NCBI GenBank assembly: GCA_951804945.1
Contig: OX638156.1
Location: forward strand, 43,896,001 to 43,960,000
Length of the DNA stretch: 64,000 nucleotides
Direction of reading: 5' to 3'
Source: Podarcis cretensis
Taxonomy: Eukaryota
The notes under the pieces are model-generated. The model was not told the origin of the DNA. It did no database searches and worked only from the letters and a program-made list of their open reading frames with translations. The first letter of the stretch is position 1. The number at the start of each line of letters is the position of its first letter. The position numbers were made by a program, and so were the translations under genes. Below, piece after piece: positions 1 through 9,840 of this stretch.

Positions 1-1586
1 AAAGATATAGGGCGGTAGTTTTTGACCTGGTTCTTCTCAGTCTCTGTTTTCGGTATAAGTGAGATGAAAGCCTCTTTCCACGATTCAGGTGCCTTTTTCC
101 CCTTCAAAATTTCATTGCAAACTTCCTTCAATGGTTGTATCAGCCATTCTTTCAGCATTTTGTAGTATTTGGCCGTCAGGCCATCTGGTCCTGGTGATTT
201 TCCCAATTTCATATTTTGAATGGCACCCTCTATTTCTTGTTCTGTTATTTCCTCATTTAAGATCCTTTTACTTTGTTCTGAGATTTTTGGTAGACCGTAT
301 TTTCTGATGAATTCTTCTATTTCTTGCTCGTTGATAGGCCCTTGTGCATACAATTTCTTAAAAAAACTTTGAAAACAATTGTTAATCTCATTGGGTTTGT
401 GGATAATTTTTCCATCCATTTCTAGACTTGTTACAGTATTCATTTTCTGCCTTTTTTTCAGTTGCCATGACAGAAGTTTCCCACATTTATCCGCTGATTC
501 AAAAGTTCTTTGTCTCATTTGCTTTATCTTCCATTCTATTTGTTGGTTCATAAGCTCCATGTACTGCATCTGATAAAACTTTATTTCTCTCAAAATCTCA
601 TGGGACTTTGGTTTAGACCTCAACTTCTTCTCTCCTTCTTTTATTTTTTCTAAAATTTTTTCCTTCTTCTCATTTTGTTGCTTCCTCTTTATAGAATTTT
701 GTTGAATTAGGAAACCTCGCATCACGGCTTTGCTTGCGTCCCAGATTATTCTTTTTTCCACATCTGTTTTCCTGTTGATCTCAAAGTAATCTTTTAATGT
801 TTTAAGGGCCTTCTTGTGAATCTCTTCATCCTTAAATAGGGTGTCATTCATTCTCCATCTAAAGGATCCAGTTGTTGTTAGTTTCATCTCCATCTTCACC
901 GCATTATGGTCGGAGCACGTTTTTGGACATATTTCTACTTTTTTTGTTCTTGGCGCCAGACTACTAGAAATCCAGATTTGGTCTATTCTTGTCCATGTCA
1001 TTTTTGCCTCAGAGAAGAAGGTTCCCTCTCTCTCTAAAGGATTCTTTATTCTCCAAATATCAATCAAGTCCATTGTTTCAGTCATTTCGAAAAAGATCTT
1101 TGGTAGTCTCCCTTCTTTTGAAATCACTTGTCTCTGTGCTTTATCCATGTTTGTTGAGACAACTCCATTCATGTCTCCCATCATTAGGATTTTATAGTCT
1201 AAAAAGTCAACTAATGTCTCATGCAACTTCCTAAAGAATTCGGCCTTCCCTTCATTTGGGGCATAAACTCCCACAATTAATATCTTTTCTCCTTGAATTT
1301 GTATTTCAATTGCCAGGTATCTTCCTTGTTCATCTTTAAATATCAATTTTGGAGCCAACTTTTCCTTTGCATAGATCACCACACCTCTTTTCTTTACTTT
1401 GTCTGATGAGATAAATTCTTGACCAAGTCTCTTATTTATCAGTAATTTCCTATGTATCCTGGCAATATGGGTTTCTTGCAAACATATTATGTCTAATTGT
1501 TCTTTCCTCAAAATGTGAAAAACCTGTCGTCTTTTCCGAGGAAGGTTCAGACCGTTACAGTTCCAACTAAGGAGTTGCAGAGACAT
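1..1586 (-). CDS. L1 ORF2p, partial: APE endonuclease, linker and start of the reverse transcriptase region
   Basis: Manual translation: MSLQLLSWNCNGLN...IICLQETH (EN motifs), GVYAPN, SRIDQIW, SDHNAV, then KSPGPDG and KNYRPIS near position 1. No stop in the segments translated; its absence from the ORF track fits an ORF running off the window. Confidence 0.96.
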   Translation of the reverse strand, partial: MSLQLLSWNCNGLNLPRKRRQVFHILRKEQLDIICLQETHIARIHRKLLINKRLGQEFISSDKVKKRGVVIYAKEKLAPKLIFKDEQGRYLAIEIQIQGEKILIVGVYAPNEGKAEFFRKLHETLVDFLDYKILMMGDMNGVVSTNMDKAQRQVISKEGRLPKIFFEMTETMDLIDIWRIKNPLEREGTFFSEAKMTWTRIDQIWISSSLAPRTKKVEICPKTCSDHNAVKMEMKLTTTGSFRWRMNDTLFKDEEIHKKALKTLKDYFEINRKTDVEKRIIWDASKAVMRGFLIQQNSIKRKQQNEKKEKILEKIKEGEKKLRSKPKSHEILREIKFYQMQYMELMNQQIEWKIKQMRQRTFESADKCGKLLSWQLKKRQKMNTVTSLEMDGKIIHKPNEINNCFQSFFKKLYAQGPINEQEIEEFIRKYGLPKISEQSKRILNEEITEQEIEGAIQNMKLGKSPGPDGLTAKYYKMLKEWLIQPLKEVCNEILKGKKAPESWKEAFISLIPKTETEKNQVKNYRPIS

Positions 1587-1593
1587 TTTGTAT

Positions 1594-2586
1594 TTAGGTA
1601 GCTGTTCCTCCAACTGCTCCAAGCTTCTGCTCTTCCTCCGATGGTGGTAGTGAAAGTCCAAATGACAAATTTGCTATATCAGGTGGTTCCCTCTCCTCCA
1701 CGGTTCCTTTCTGCAGATCCTCCAGGTACTTCTCCAGAAATTGTTCTTTGTCCTGAATTGTTTTTATTTTAATCTTCCTTCCTTTAAAGTTAAAGGACAA
1801 TCCTTGTGGAAACTCCCATCTGAATGGTATAGTGTTTTTCTTCAGCAGGTCTACTAAACTTTTGTAATATGTTCTCACCTCTAAAATGTATTTAGGAATG
1901 TCCTTGAAAATCTGTATCTGACAATTTTGGATCACCAATGCCTTTTGATAATGCAAATTCAATATTCTATCTCTTTCTTCTTTTGATCTCAGTGTAATTA
2001 GACAGTCCCTTGGTTTTTTATCCTGCCTTCTACCCAGTCGAAAGGCTGATATTATCTCAAGTTCCTCATCTTCCTCCCATTCCTCCTGCCAAAAAGTTAT
2101 GATGTTCTCTGTAAGAAATTTCACAAGGTTGTCCCCTTCCCCTTCAGGCACCAATCTAAATTTTAAATTCTTCTCTTTACGTTGAAGTTCCAGTAAGGAG
2201 AGGGCTGCATCATGCTCATTCACTTTTTTAATAATAGGCCCAAATTTTTCCCTTGTCTCTTCAGCCGTTGTTTTTGCACTTTCTGCAATCTTTCGTGTTT
2301 CTGAACTTTCCTGAATTAATCTATTTATAGAATCTGTGTTCGATGTAACACTAGCTGTATTCACATCCAACCTTGTTGTCAACTCTGTTAATTTTTTAGA
2401 ATTCTCTGTCGATAGCTTTGTCAATGCTTCCAGGGATTGATTTATTTTAAGTAGTGCCTGAGTCATAGGATCCATAGAAGCTGGTGTTTTTTCCTGCACA
2501 GCTGCAGTTCCTGATATAGAGGCCCTTTTCTTGTGAGATTGTTTTGCTTTCTGCCTTGTTACTATCTCTTCTGTAGGGGCACTCAT
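1594..2586 (-). CDS. L1 ORF1p (coiled coil, RRM and CTD; Transposase_22-like), 330 aa
   Basis: Heptad-rich N-terminal half, KEKNLKFR RRM start, AFRLG..KPRDCLI, IFKDIP, FRWEFPQGL; lies directly upstream of ORF2. Confidence 0.95.
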   Translation of the reverse strand: MSAPTEEIVTRQKAKQSHKKRASISGTAAVQEKTPASMDPMTQALLKINQSLEALTKLSTENSKKLTELTTRLDVNTASVTSNTDSINRLIQESSETRKIAESAKTTAEETREKFGPIIKKVNEHDAALSLLELQRKEKNLKFRLVPEGEGDNLVKFLTENIITFWQEEWEEDEELEIISAFRLGRRQDKKPRDCLITLRSKEERDRILNLHYQKALVIQNCQIQIFKDIPKYILEVRTYYKSLVDLLKKNTIPFRWEFPQGLSFNFKGRKIKIKTIQDKEQFLEKYLEDLQKGTVEEREPPDIANLSFGLSLPPSEEEQKLGAVGGTAT

Positions 2587-3518
2587 ATCCTCAAGGTCGT
2601 TTTCACAGAGTTGATTCCCAAGTGGAAAATCCCACTGTTACTTTTCAAAGTGCAACAGTTTCACATAGAACCCTCTAGAGGGAGCATTCAATTGTATCCA
2701 AATGGCAAAGATAGAAGAAAACAAAGAGGCAAGGAAGTATAACAGTAGCCAGAAGTTTCCAATATCCAAATTGTAATGTCTCTATTTTCTATGTGGCCAA
2801 AATGCAACAAAGTACGTCTAAGGTCCGGTAACTTTGTTACAAACAAGTCCCCACTTCTCAAAGTTTGACAGTCCACGTCCCGGTGTCTTGTTTGGGCAGC
2901 CCGACCCCGGGGGATTTGGCAATGGAAGGTCTTAATTTTCCCTTAATTTTCCAGCAGGTTAACAACGTTCCAATCCCTTCCCCCCTTCTCCTGCCAATCT
3001 GGGGGGAGGTTTTAAGTCCGATGTCAGTTTGACAGCTTAAAAAAAAATTAGAAAGATTCCCTTTAAGTGCAGCTTGATTTTCGTTGCTTTATCTCTTCTG
3101 CAGTTCCGGGGAGGCAGACTTCCTTAATTTTTGCCTTTCCCGTTTTCAGCCGAATTTTTTTTTTTAATGTCCCGTTACTTTTTCAATCTTACTCACGGGT
3201 GTTGTAGTCAAATTCCAATTGCAGGAAGGAATCGGCGCTCTCCGCTCATGGCGACGCGGCTTCACTCCGCTAGCTGGGTGACGACTCTCAGCACCGCGCT
3301 TACCCCGATGCCGCTCAGAAGCCTTTAAAAAGGCTCCCTCACAGTACCGGGGGGCGCAAAGGGTGCCCACCGAATCTCCTTTGTTCACAGGCTCCGCGCC
3401 TGTGATTTTAGGGGTCCCCCGCTTGCCGTAGCGGGTGAGACCCGAACTAACGGAGCAGTCCTGCCTCGGAGCTCGAGGCTCGGACCGCCATTAAGCGCTG
3501 GCGCCGACCGGAAGTCTC

Positions 3519-3637
3519 GACCCGGAAGTGTCTTCGGACGGTGCTGGCTCCCGGCCTCTAGAGTGAGATGAGCGCACAACCCTAGAGTCTGTCAAGAGTG
3601 GCCCGTACGGGCAGGGGTACCTTTACCTTTACCTTTT
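3519..3637 (+). mobile_element. Sauria SINE (Squam1/POM-like) 3' fragment, cut by the L1 insertion
   Basis: Matches the 3' third of the SINE at 51483-51852 and ends in ggtacctttacctttacctttt. Confidence 0.9.
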
Positions 3638-3839
3638 AGTATGCCTAGGATTCTATCAGTGAAGATTCTGCCCCATCCATCCCTAAAATATAAAAGGAAA
3701 TAGAGTAATAAGCAAAAAAAGTGCCAGTTTTTTCCTATTGGTACTTCCCACTGTTTGAGATTCAGGGAATCCGGTCATTTAGGAGGCAAGAAAAATAACA
3801 AACTGTTTTCCCTCCTTCTCCACAGAAAGAAATTAATCC

Positions 3840-4175
3840 GGACTTCCGGGTTAGCGCCATCGCCTAATGGCGGATTCCCTCCGAGCTCCGGAGGGAATTG
3901 GCTCAACAGGGTTCGGGTCCTGCCGCGCCGGCGATGCGGGGACCCCTAAAAACCACAGGCGCGGATGCCTGTGGACGTGGTGACTCGGTGGGCACCATTA
4001 GCGCCCTCCCGACCTGCGAAGGAGCCTTTTTAAAGGCTACGGAACGGGGAAGGGGGAGCGGCGCGGTGCTGAGAGCCCTCTGCTTCCCCTGCTGAGTGAA
4101 GCCGCAAGCCATGGACGGAGAGCGCTGACTTTTTCCCTTGAACATTCGGACTAAAAGCAACAACCCGTGAGTAAT
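3840..4175 (+). promoter_or_regulatory. L1-type internal CpG-rich promoter/5'UTR with ETS-like (ACTTCCGG) and YY1-like (AATGGCGG) motifs
   Basis: Motifs lie within the first 35 nt and recur at equivalent positions in the L1 (3483-3518, minus) and, degenerate, at 46809-46840; function is inferred. Confidence 0.6.
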
Positions 4176-4665
4176 ACGGAAATTGGATTTAAAAAGGAAT
4201 TTTTGTATTTAAATTCGATACGACCGGGGAGGTGTAAAAAGGAAGTCCGCCCCCCCGCCTTGCAGACAACCTAAAGCAAGGACTAGAGAGCTAAAGTTGA
4301 GAGAAACATCTTTGTCCCCTGTGGAGAAAAACTATTAATTTCATGATTGGACACTACAATTAATTTTGCTGGAGGACAAGAGTCGGTTTGGAAAGTTAAA
4401 GTGCAACCCCCCGGGACCCGGGAGTGATCTGTGAGAAAGCCTGCTGAAAAGATACGGACTTTGACAGCTGTCAAACTAGCTGTCAAAGCTGGGAAATAAA
4501 AGGAAACGTTGTTTCTGGTGATTCTGCTGGTTAGATTTTCTGTAATTTGGATACAAATTGCTGGGAATAAAGAAAAATAAGTTACATTGGACTTTTGGAT
4601 TGGAACTGGAAAGATACTAAGTAAACAAAATCCCCCTAGAGGGGAGTTTTGGAATACTGCAAGAA

Positions 4666-5256
4666 ATGGCTGTAAGTGGAAAAATACTGACTGAGCTGAA
4701 TAGGACATTTCATCTCCTGGGAAAGCTCCAGGAATTACAGGGAGAGATCCAGGACCAGGGTAATATTTTGTCTACAAGGGTGACAACATTGAATGAAGCA
4801 GTAAATAAACTTGCTAGAACAGGAAGAGACTTGATACAAGCCTTTGTCATGGAACCAAAAGCCCTTGAAGTTGGAACAGAAGTTGCTGCAGCTGGGCAAA
4901 AGAAATCTGATAAATTTGAGAAAGTGGAAAAAGAGACATATGAGGATTTGGTGGAAAATTTGGTGGAAAATGAAGGTGAAGCTATAATGTGGAAGATCAA
5001 GGCAGATCAGAGGCCTGTTAGCACAAGTGAGATCAAGATGGAAGTTGGAGCTTTTGGGACATACAGTTTTAAAAAATTTAAGGAACAAAATTTGAGCTCC
5101 ACTTTTAAATTTAGAGGCCTGCTTGGAAGAAAAATGGTCATTACTGGGACAGATCTTCCCCGAGAGTTGGTGTTGAACACAAAGGATGGTCAAAAAATCC
5201 GGCAGAGTGAAAAGGAAAGAGTTTTAGGAGCCTCGGAAGTTTGGGATCCAGGCTGA
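4666..5256 (+). CDS. 196-aa ORF of the non-autonomous element; diverged ORF1p derivative (coiled coil, truncated RRM)
   Basis: Intact ATG..TGA. LSTRVTTLNEAVNKLARTGRDLIQ aligns ungapped with ORF1 LTTRLDVNTASVTSNTDSINRLIQ, and KEQNL..FKFRGL resembles ORF1 KEKNLKFRLV. Confidence 0.7.
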   Translation: MAVSGKILTELNRTFHLLGKLQELQGEIQDQGNILSTRVTTLNEAVNKLARTGRDLIQAFVMEPKALEVGTEVAAAGQKKSDKFEKVEKETYEDLVENLVENEGEAIMWKIKADQRPVSTSEIKMEVGAFGTYSFKKFKEQNLSSTFKFRGLLGRKMVITGTDLPRELVLNTKDGQKIRQSEKERVLGASEVWDPG

Positions 5257-6234
5257 GAATTGATGGACTGATGGATACTGATTTGGGGATCAAACCGGGA
5301 AAGGGAGGGTGGGATTTGAGAATCCAAAGGGTGTTAAAATATAGTTTGTTAAGTCCTTTTTTCTTTATATAACTTTTGTGATTTTTATGGAATGTGGGGA
5401 AATTGTGGAAGGGAAATTTGGGTCGACTTTAGGAAAAAGGTTTAAGATTAAGTTAAAATTGGGTTTTTTAAATTAATTAGAATAAGAACTTGTTGAGCAG
5501 ACAACATAAATTGGAATGCAAGAAGGGGAAGGGGGAGGAGGCCTGAGAAATAAGGTGAAAGAAGATAAGGTTCTTTAAATATTATGTGTTTTTAATTGTT
5601 TTTCTTTTTTGGATATTTTTTGTGTTTTTTAATTTTTGCTTTTTGTTCTGTTATTATATGGAAAATTTCAATAAATATTATATAAAAAAACAACAGAAAG
5701 AAATTAATCCAACCCTGTGTTCAAAAAGGCAAAGGAATTAAAAAAAACCCAAGCATTTTTGTCACCTAGCCAAATAAAATAGGAACTCTTGATAAATTCC
5801 CATTATGTCCTTGTACCTTTCTAATCAAGCACTTCAACTGTTCTTGGCTCCTGTTGATGCAATTAACTTCTGCTTCAATAACTTGCATTGCACCATGAAG
5901 AAAGAAATGCATTTCTCGTTCTTTATTACGGGTGTTAATATCACAGTATGGTTAAACCTGCTATACAACCGCTACAATCAAAATTAGATGGCTGTTCATT
6001 AAGCTGAAATGAATTACATTATTTCAGATATGCTGTACATCTCTTGGGAATGTCTCGTATTGAAATGATCTTTGGGAGAAAATTGAAGAGCGATTGCATG
6101 CTATAGGGCAAAGACATAATCTGTATGGCTTTTAGGGGGAGAAATCTTTAACAGGTAGGTTTTGCTCATGCACCACATGAGACAGGGTGTTAAATTATGG
6201 TTGTCTCTTTTCAAAGTAAAAACATACAAATAAC

Positions 6235-6370
6235 CAGTGCTTTTTTTTGGGGGGGGATGTTTAGGGGTACTCTTGATTTTCCTACTCATATTGAAATAAT
6301 GCTCCTCAATGAGGCCACACTTAGAGTCACAAAATATTTAGGGGTATGCATCCCCAGAAAAAAAGCACTG
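6235..6370. mobile_element. hAT-type MITE
   Basis: TIR cagtgctttttt / aaaaaagcactg; 8-bp TSD caaataac on both sides. Confidence 0.9.
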
Positions 6371-6448
6371 CAAATAACTAGGAATGGGCAGATCTATCCA
6401 TCTGTGTTCCACATCCATTTCACTTGTGTTTGTTCATAAATCCACTCT

Positions 6449-6760
6449 GGTCACATACATGTCATACATTTAAAGCACTATTATACCACTTTACCAGTCA
6501 CTGCTTCCTGCAAAGAATCCTGGGAAGTGCAGTTTGCTAAGGTTGTTAGGAGACCTCTCTTCCCCTCACAGAGCTACAGTTCTCTGGGAGTTCCTTGGGA
6601 AAAGGGGTTGGCTGTTAAACCACTCTGGAAATCGTAGTTCTTTGGTGGGAACAGGCATCTTCTAACAACACTCAGCACCCTTAAACAAACTACAGTTCCC
6701 AGCATTTGATGGAAGCCGTGACTGTATCATAGAGTTTTAATGGTATAGTGCAGATGGGGC
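6449..6760. mobile_element. Palindromic lizard MITE; partial relatives at ~29215-29375, 31340-31495, 44340-44560 and 49020-49330
   Basis: Imperfect internal inverted symmetry (ctgggaagtgcagtttg / aaactacagttcccag), recurring several times in the window. Confidence 0.7.
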
Positions 6761-9666
6761 TTTAATATACTGCAAATCAATTTGTTTGGGTGATCTCAGT
6801 TTTGGAGATGGGTCACATTCCCATGGTAAAACACAAGGCCCCAGATTCAGCCCCTGGTACTTCCTGAAAAAAGGATCTTAAGTAACGAGGGTTTTCCTTT
6901 CTTCTTGCATTTGAAAGAAAGAAAGGACTGTGCTGGCCATGTGTCCTGGAATGACAATGTCTCAGGAATGATGCCAGGCTCAGTCACATCACTCCCAAGG
7001 CATTCTGGAAAGTGTGGTTGGCAGGAAGTAGTGCAAGGCTCTCTCCAGAGCTTCCTGCTGTTCGCCTTTCAGTAACTCCCCCTACAATAATTTTTGACAA
7101 TTTTGTCACGTTCCCTTGCAAGAAAGCAGCAGAAAACAGGTCCTCATTTTCATTGTGGTATGGCAGGGGTTTGGGTTCAGGTAACTGGAGGGAGGAGATT
7201 TTGGCCCAGTCTCAGGGGGGAAATGCAACCTGTATAAATCACATCTTACATAAATAGCACTGTGGTAATGGATGGATCTGGGAAGGAGAGGGGTGCTTTG
7301 TTTTTAGTGTAATAAAATCAATAATGCATTGTATAAATGAGAGGCACAGACATGCTGGTTAATGCTCAAAGCATCTAACGCCCTTATTAAAGGAAAGGGA
7401 AAGGAAAGGTTTTAATAGGTATGCTCCAAAATGTTATCCCCACACACACCCCATCATTTTTTTTTGTCATGATATAAAACAGCTGGACCAGAAACATGAC
7501 ATCTGTTTTCAAAACAAGATTACTTTAGTAAATCAATATTGGTTGACTAGTTTTCAAGTTTGCATGTGGGTTTGAGAGGGAAAAGGTTTTCAATGGAAGG
7601 GGCAGCAGAGAAAGATTCCATCCCTGTGGTGTAAACATTCCGAGCTAGTGGTTAAAATATATACTTTTTGTATCCAAATGTCTAACTTTCCTAGGAGTAC
7701 CCAGCTTAAAACCTCAGGGAATTTTATATACTGAATGTTGTCAGTATTTTAATCATCCTCAGCTGTCAAAACGCTTGTAACCCGCCACTTCTATTTAAAA
7801 TGTGTCTTCTAGGCATAAAATAATTAAAGGTACAGGACCATAAGGTAGGTTTAGAGTCACTGCAGTGTGACAAAACCCTACATATGAAAGGCATTATTCC
7901 AGGAAGTTTTAAATATAAATTTTGTTTTGTCAGGCGGCTGCAGGGCACACATTTTCTATACTGTCAAGCTTGATAGTAACAATATTTATATTTCAAATAA
8001 AAAGATTAAATTGCAATCTTATGTGTTTCTGGTTTTTACGTGGGTTTAACCAGTGTATCATACTGTTTCACATCTGGGTGTCACCCAAACTTTTTGTGTG
8101 TGTGTGTGTTTTGCTGACACCATTTTTGCTTTTCATTGTAATATTAAGTCTCACACTGTCAGTCCCTGAATTGAAATAATGAGGCCAGGCAACAACATGG
8201 TTGCGGGGGTGAGTTATTTTATCATTCATTTCATTTGGGTTTGTTTTTGTTTCATACACGTCATTGCACTTTACTGGAAAACTCCCACCTTCTAAATCAT
8301 GACAAGCAAGCATTTGAAAACAGCTTTTAATTCCTCTTGGTATTCTCATTTTTTTAATGAGTTTGACGATTTATGTGAGATCTGCCCTGGAAGACATCAC
8401 CGTTAAATATTCTCACTGACATCACATCAGAAGTATTATTTGGTGGGCTCAAAGCTGAACAACGAGTCAATTTAAGTTGCAAAATCTGATATGCATTTAC
8501 AGACATGGGTTTTTACACGCGCACACACACATTGCTTTTTTAATGGGCACAGCAGGTTGTATCCAACTAAGTTCTCCTCAGAGTAGACCCATTGAAATGA
8601 ATGGACCAAATTTGCCATCTCCATTAATTTCAATGGGTCTGCTTGGTGTAAAGCTAACATTGGGTACACCCCAGCATAGCAAATGTTAAGCAGAATAGTC
8701 CCAGCCTTCTCATGTGTTAGCCAGAGCTGCACACTCAGAAGGGCCACAACGCAGGAGCGGAATATACCCTTTGCTGACATTAGGGCCTGGGTTCAGTCCC
8801 AAGCAGGAGAGGGGAGCAGGCTGAGCTGATTTTCATCAGAATACTTCCCCCCCCCCCAAAAAAAAATGTTTTTCTCACACTTCTAGAATATTCTACGCAC
8901 CTTCGCCACCATTTTTACTAGAAAACAGACCACCTGCCCCAGTATACACTTGGGTAAATTTTACTTGTGGCACCAAACCACACAGCGTATCTCACGCAGT
9001 GACCATAGAATCATTTCCCGCCTTTTCCCCTGCACTGTGGAATCCCTTTCCTTCTGCCATACATGAAGGCTCATCTATGAGGAGCTTCATACATGTTTTG
9101 AAAAGATCTTTTTTCATCCAGGCTTCCCCTGACCTGTGAGATTAGAGCCTGATACTTCCGAATCTGTTCCCGTTCCATTTGTTTTTATAATTCTGTTTTG
9201 CTGTCATTATGGTTTCTTACATTTTTAAAGCTGTCATCTGTTTCTACCGTGGACCGGAACACCTGGTTCCAAGGCAGTTTCCTATGTGTTTATTACAGTT
9301 GTATTTCCAGACAGCATTGTTTATATAGCCCCACATTAGAACATCCAAAGGGCCCTGTTAGATTGGCCCCAAGGCATCCTGTTCTCACAGTGGCCAGCTG
9401 GATGGATGCCTATGGAAAGCCTGCAAACAGGCCCTGAGAGACTCTCAGCAACTGGTATCCATCAGAGGAGATAGAACATAGGCATCTTGGCTGTTCATCA
9501 CTTTATCACTTGATCATGACTTAGGAAACTTTGGCAAATTTGGGCATCCTGACGGCTCCATATTTGTACACACTGCTGCAGAAGGGTCCTGTATTTCTCC
9601 CACATTTGGTGATTGAAAGCTAAATCACATGCAGATATGACTATATTTATCTAATGATGTCATAAG

Positions 9667-9840
9667 CAGTGCTTTTTTTCTTAAAAAATGTTTAGGGGTA
9701 CACTCGTTTTGACTCAAGTGAATCACCATTTTATAGTTCAGATTGGAAAAAATAAATACAGTAAATGGACAAAAGTACAAAGATTCACAAAATGTTTAGC
9801 GGTATGTGTACCCCTGCGACCCCCCTGAAAAAAAGCACTG
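9667..9840. mobile_element. hAT-type MITE, same family as 6235-6370
   Basis: TIR cagtgctttttt / aaaaaagcactg; 8-bp TSD gtcataag. Confidence 0.9.

Larger units (their letters stand above)
1..3518 (-). mobile_element. L1 LINE, 5'-complete and apparently intact; continues beyond the left window edge
   Basis: CpG-rich 5'UTR starting GAGACTTCCGG at ~3518, then ORF1 (1594-2586), a 7-nt spacer, and ORF2 from 1586 open to position 1. Confidence 0.97.
3840..5692 (+). mobile_element. Non-autonomous L1-derived retroposon (HAL1-like), full length 1.85 kb
   Basis: 18-bp TSD acagaaagaaattaatcc (3822-3839 and 5693-5710); 5' end homologous to the L1 5'UTR; AATAAA at 5670 followed by an A-rich tail; no ORF2. 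Confidence 0.93.

Noticed and set aside
89-1234. Hydrophobic plus-strand ORFs
   Set aside because: Antisense shadows of the A-rich L1 ORF2
4283-5193. Minus-strand ORFs 4283-4708, 4710-5000 and 4735-5193 as an ORF0-like gene
   Set aside because: No recognisable motifs and no evident counterpart in the other two family members; explicable as antisense open frames
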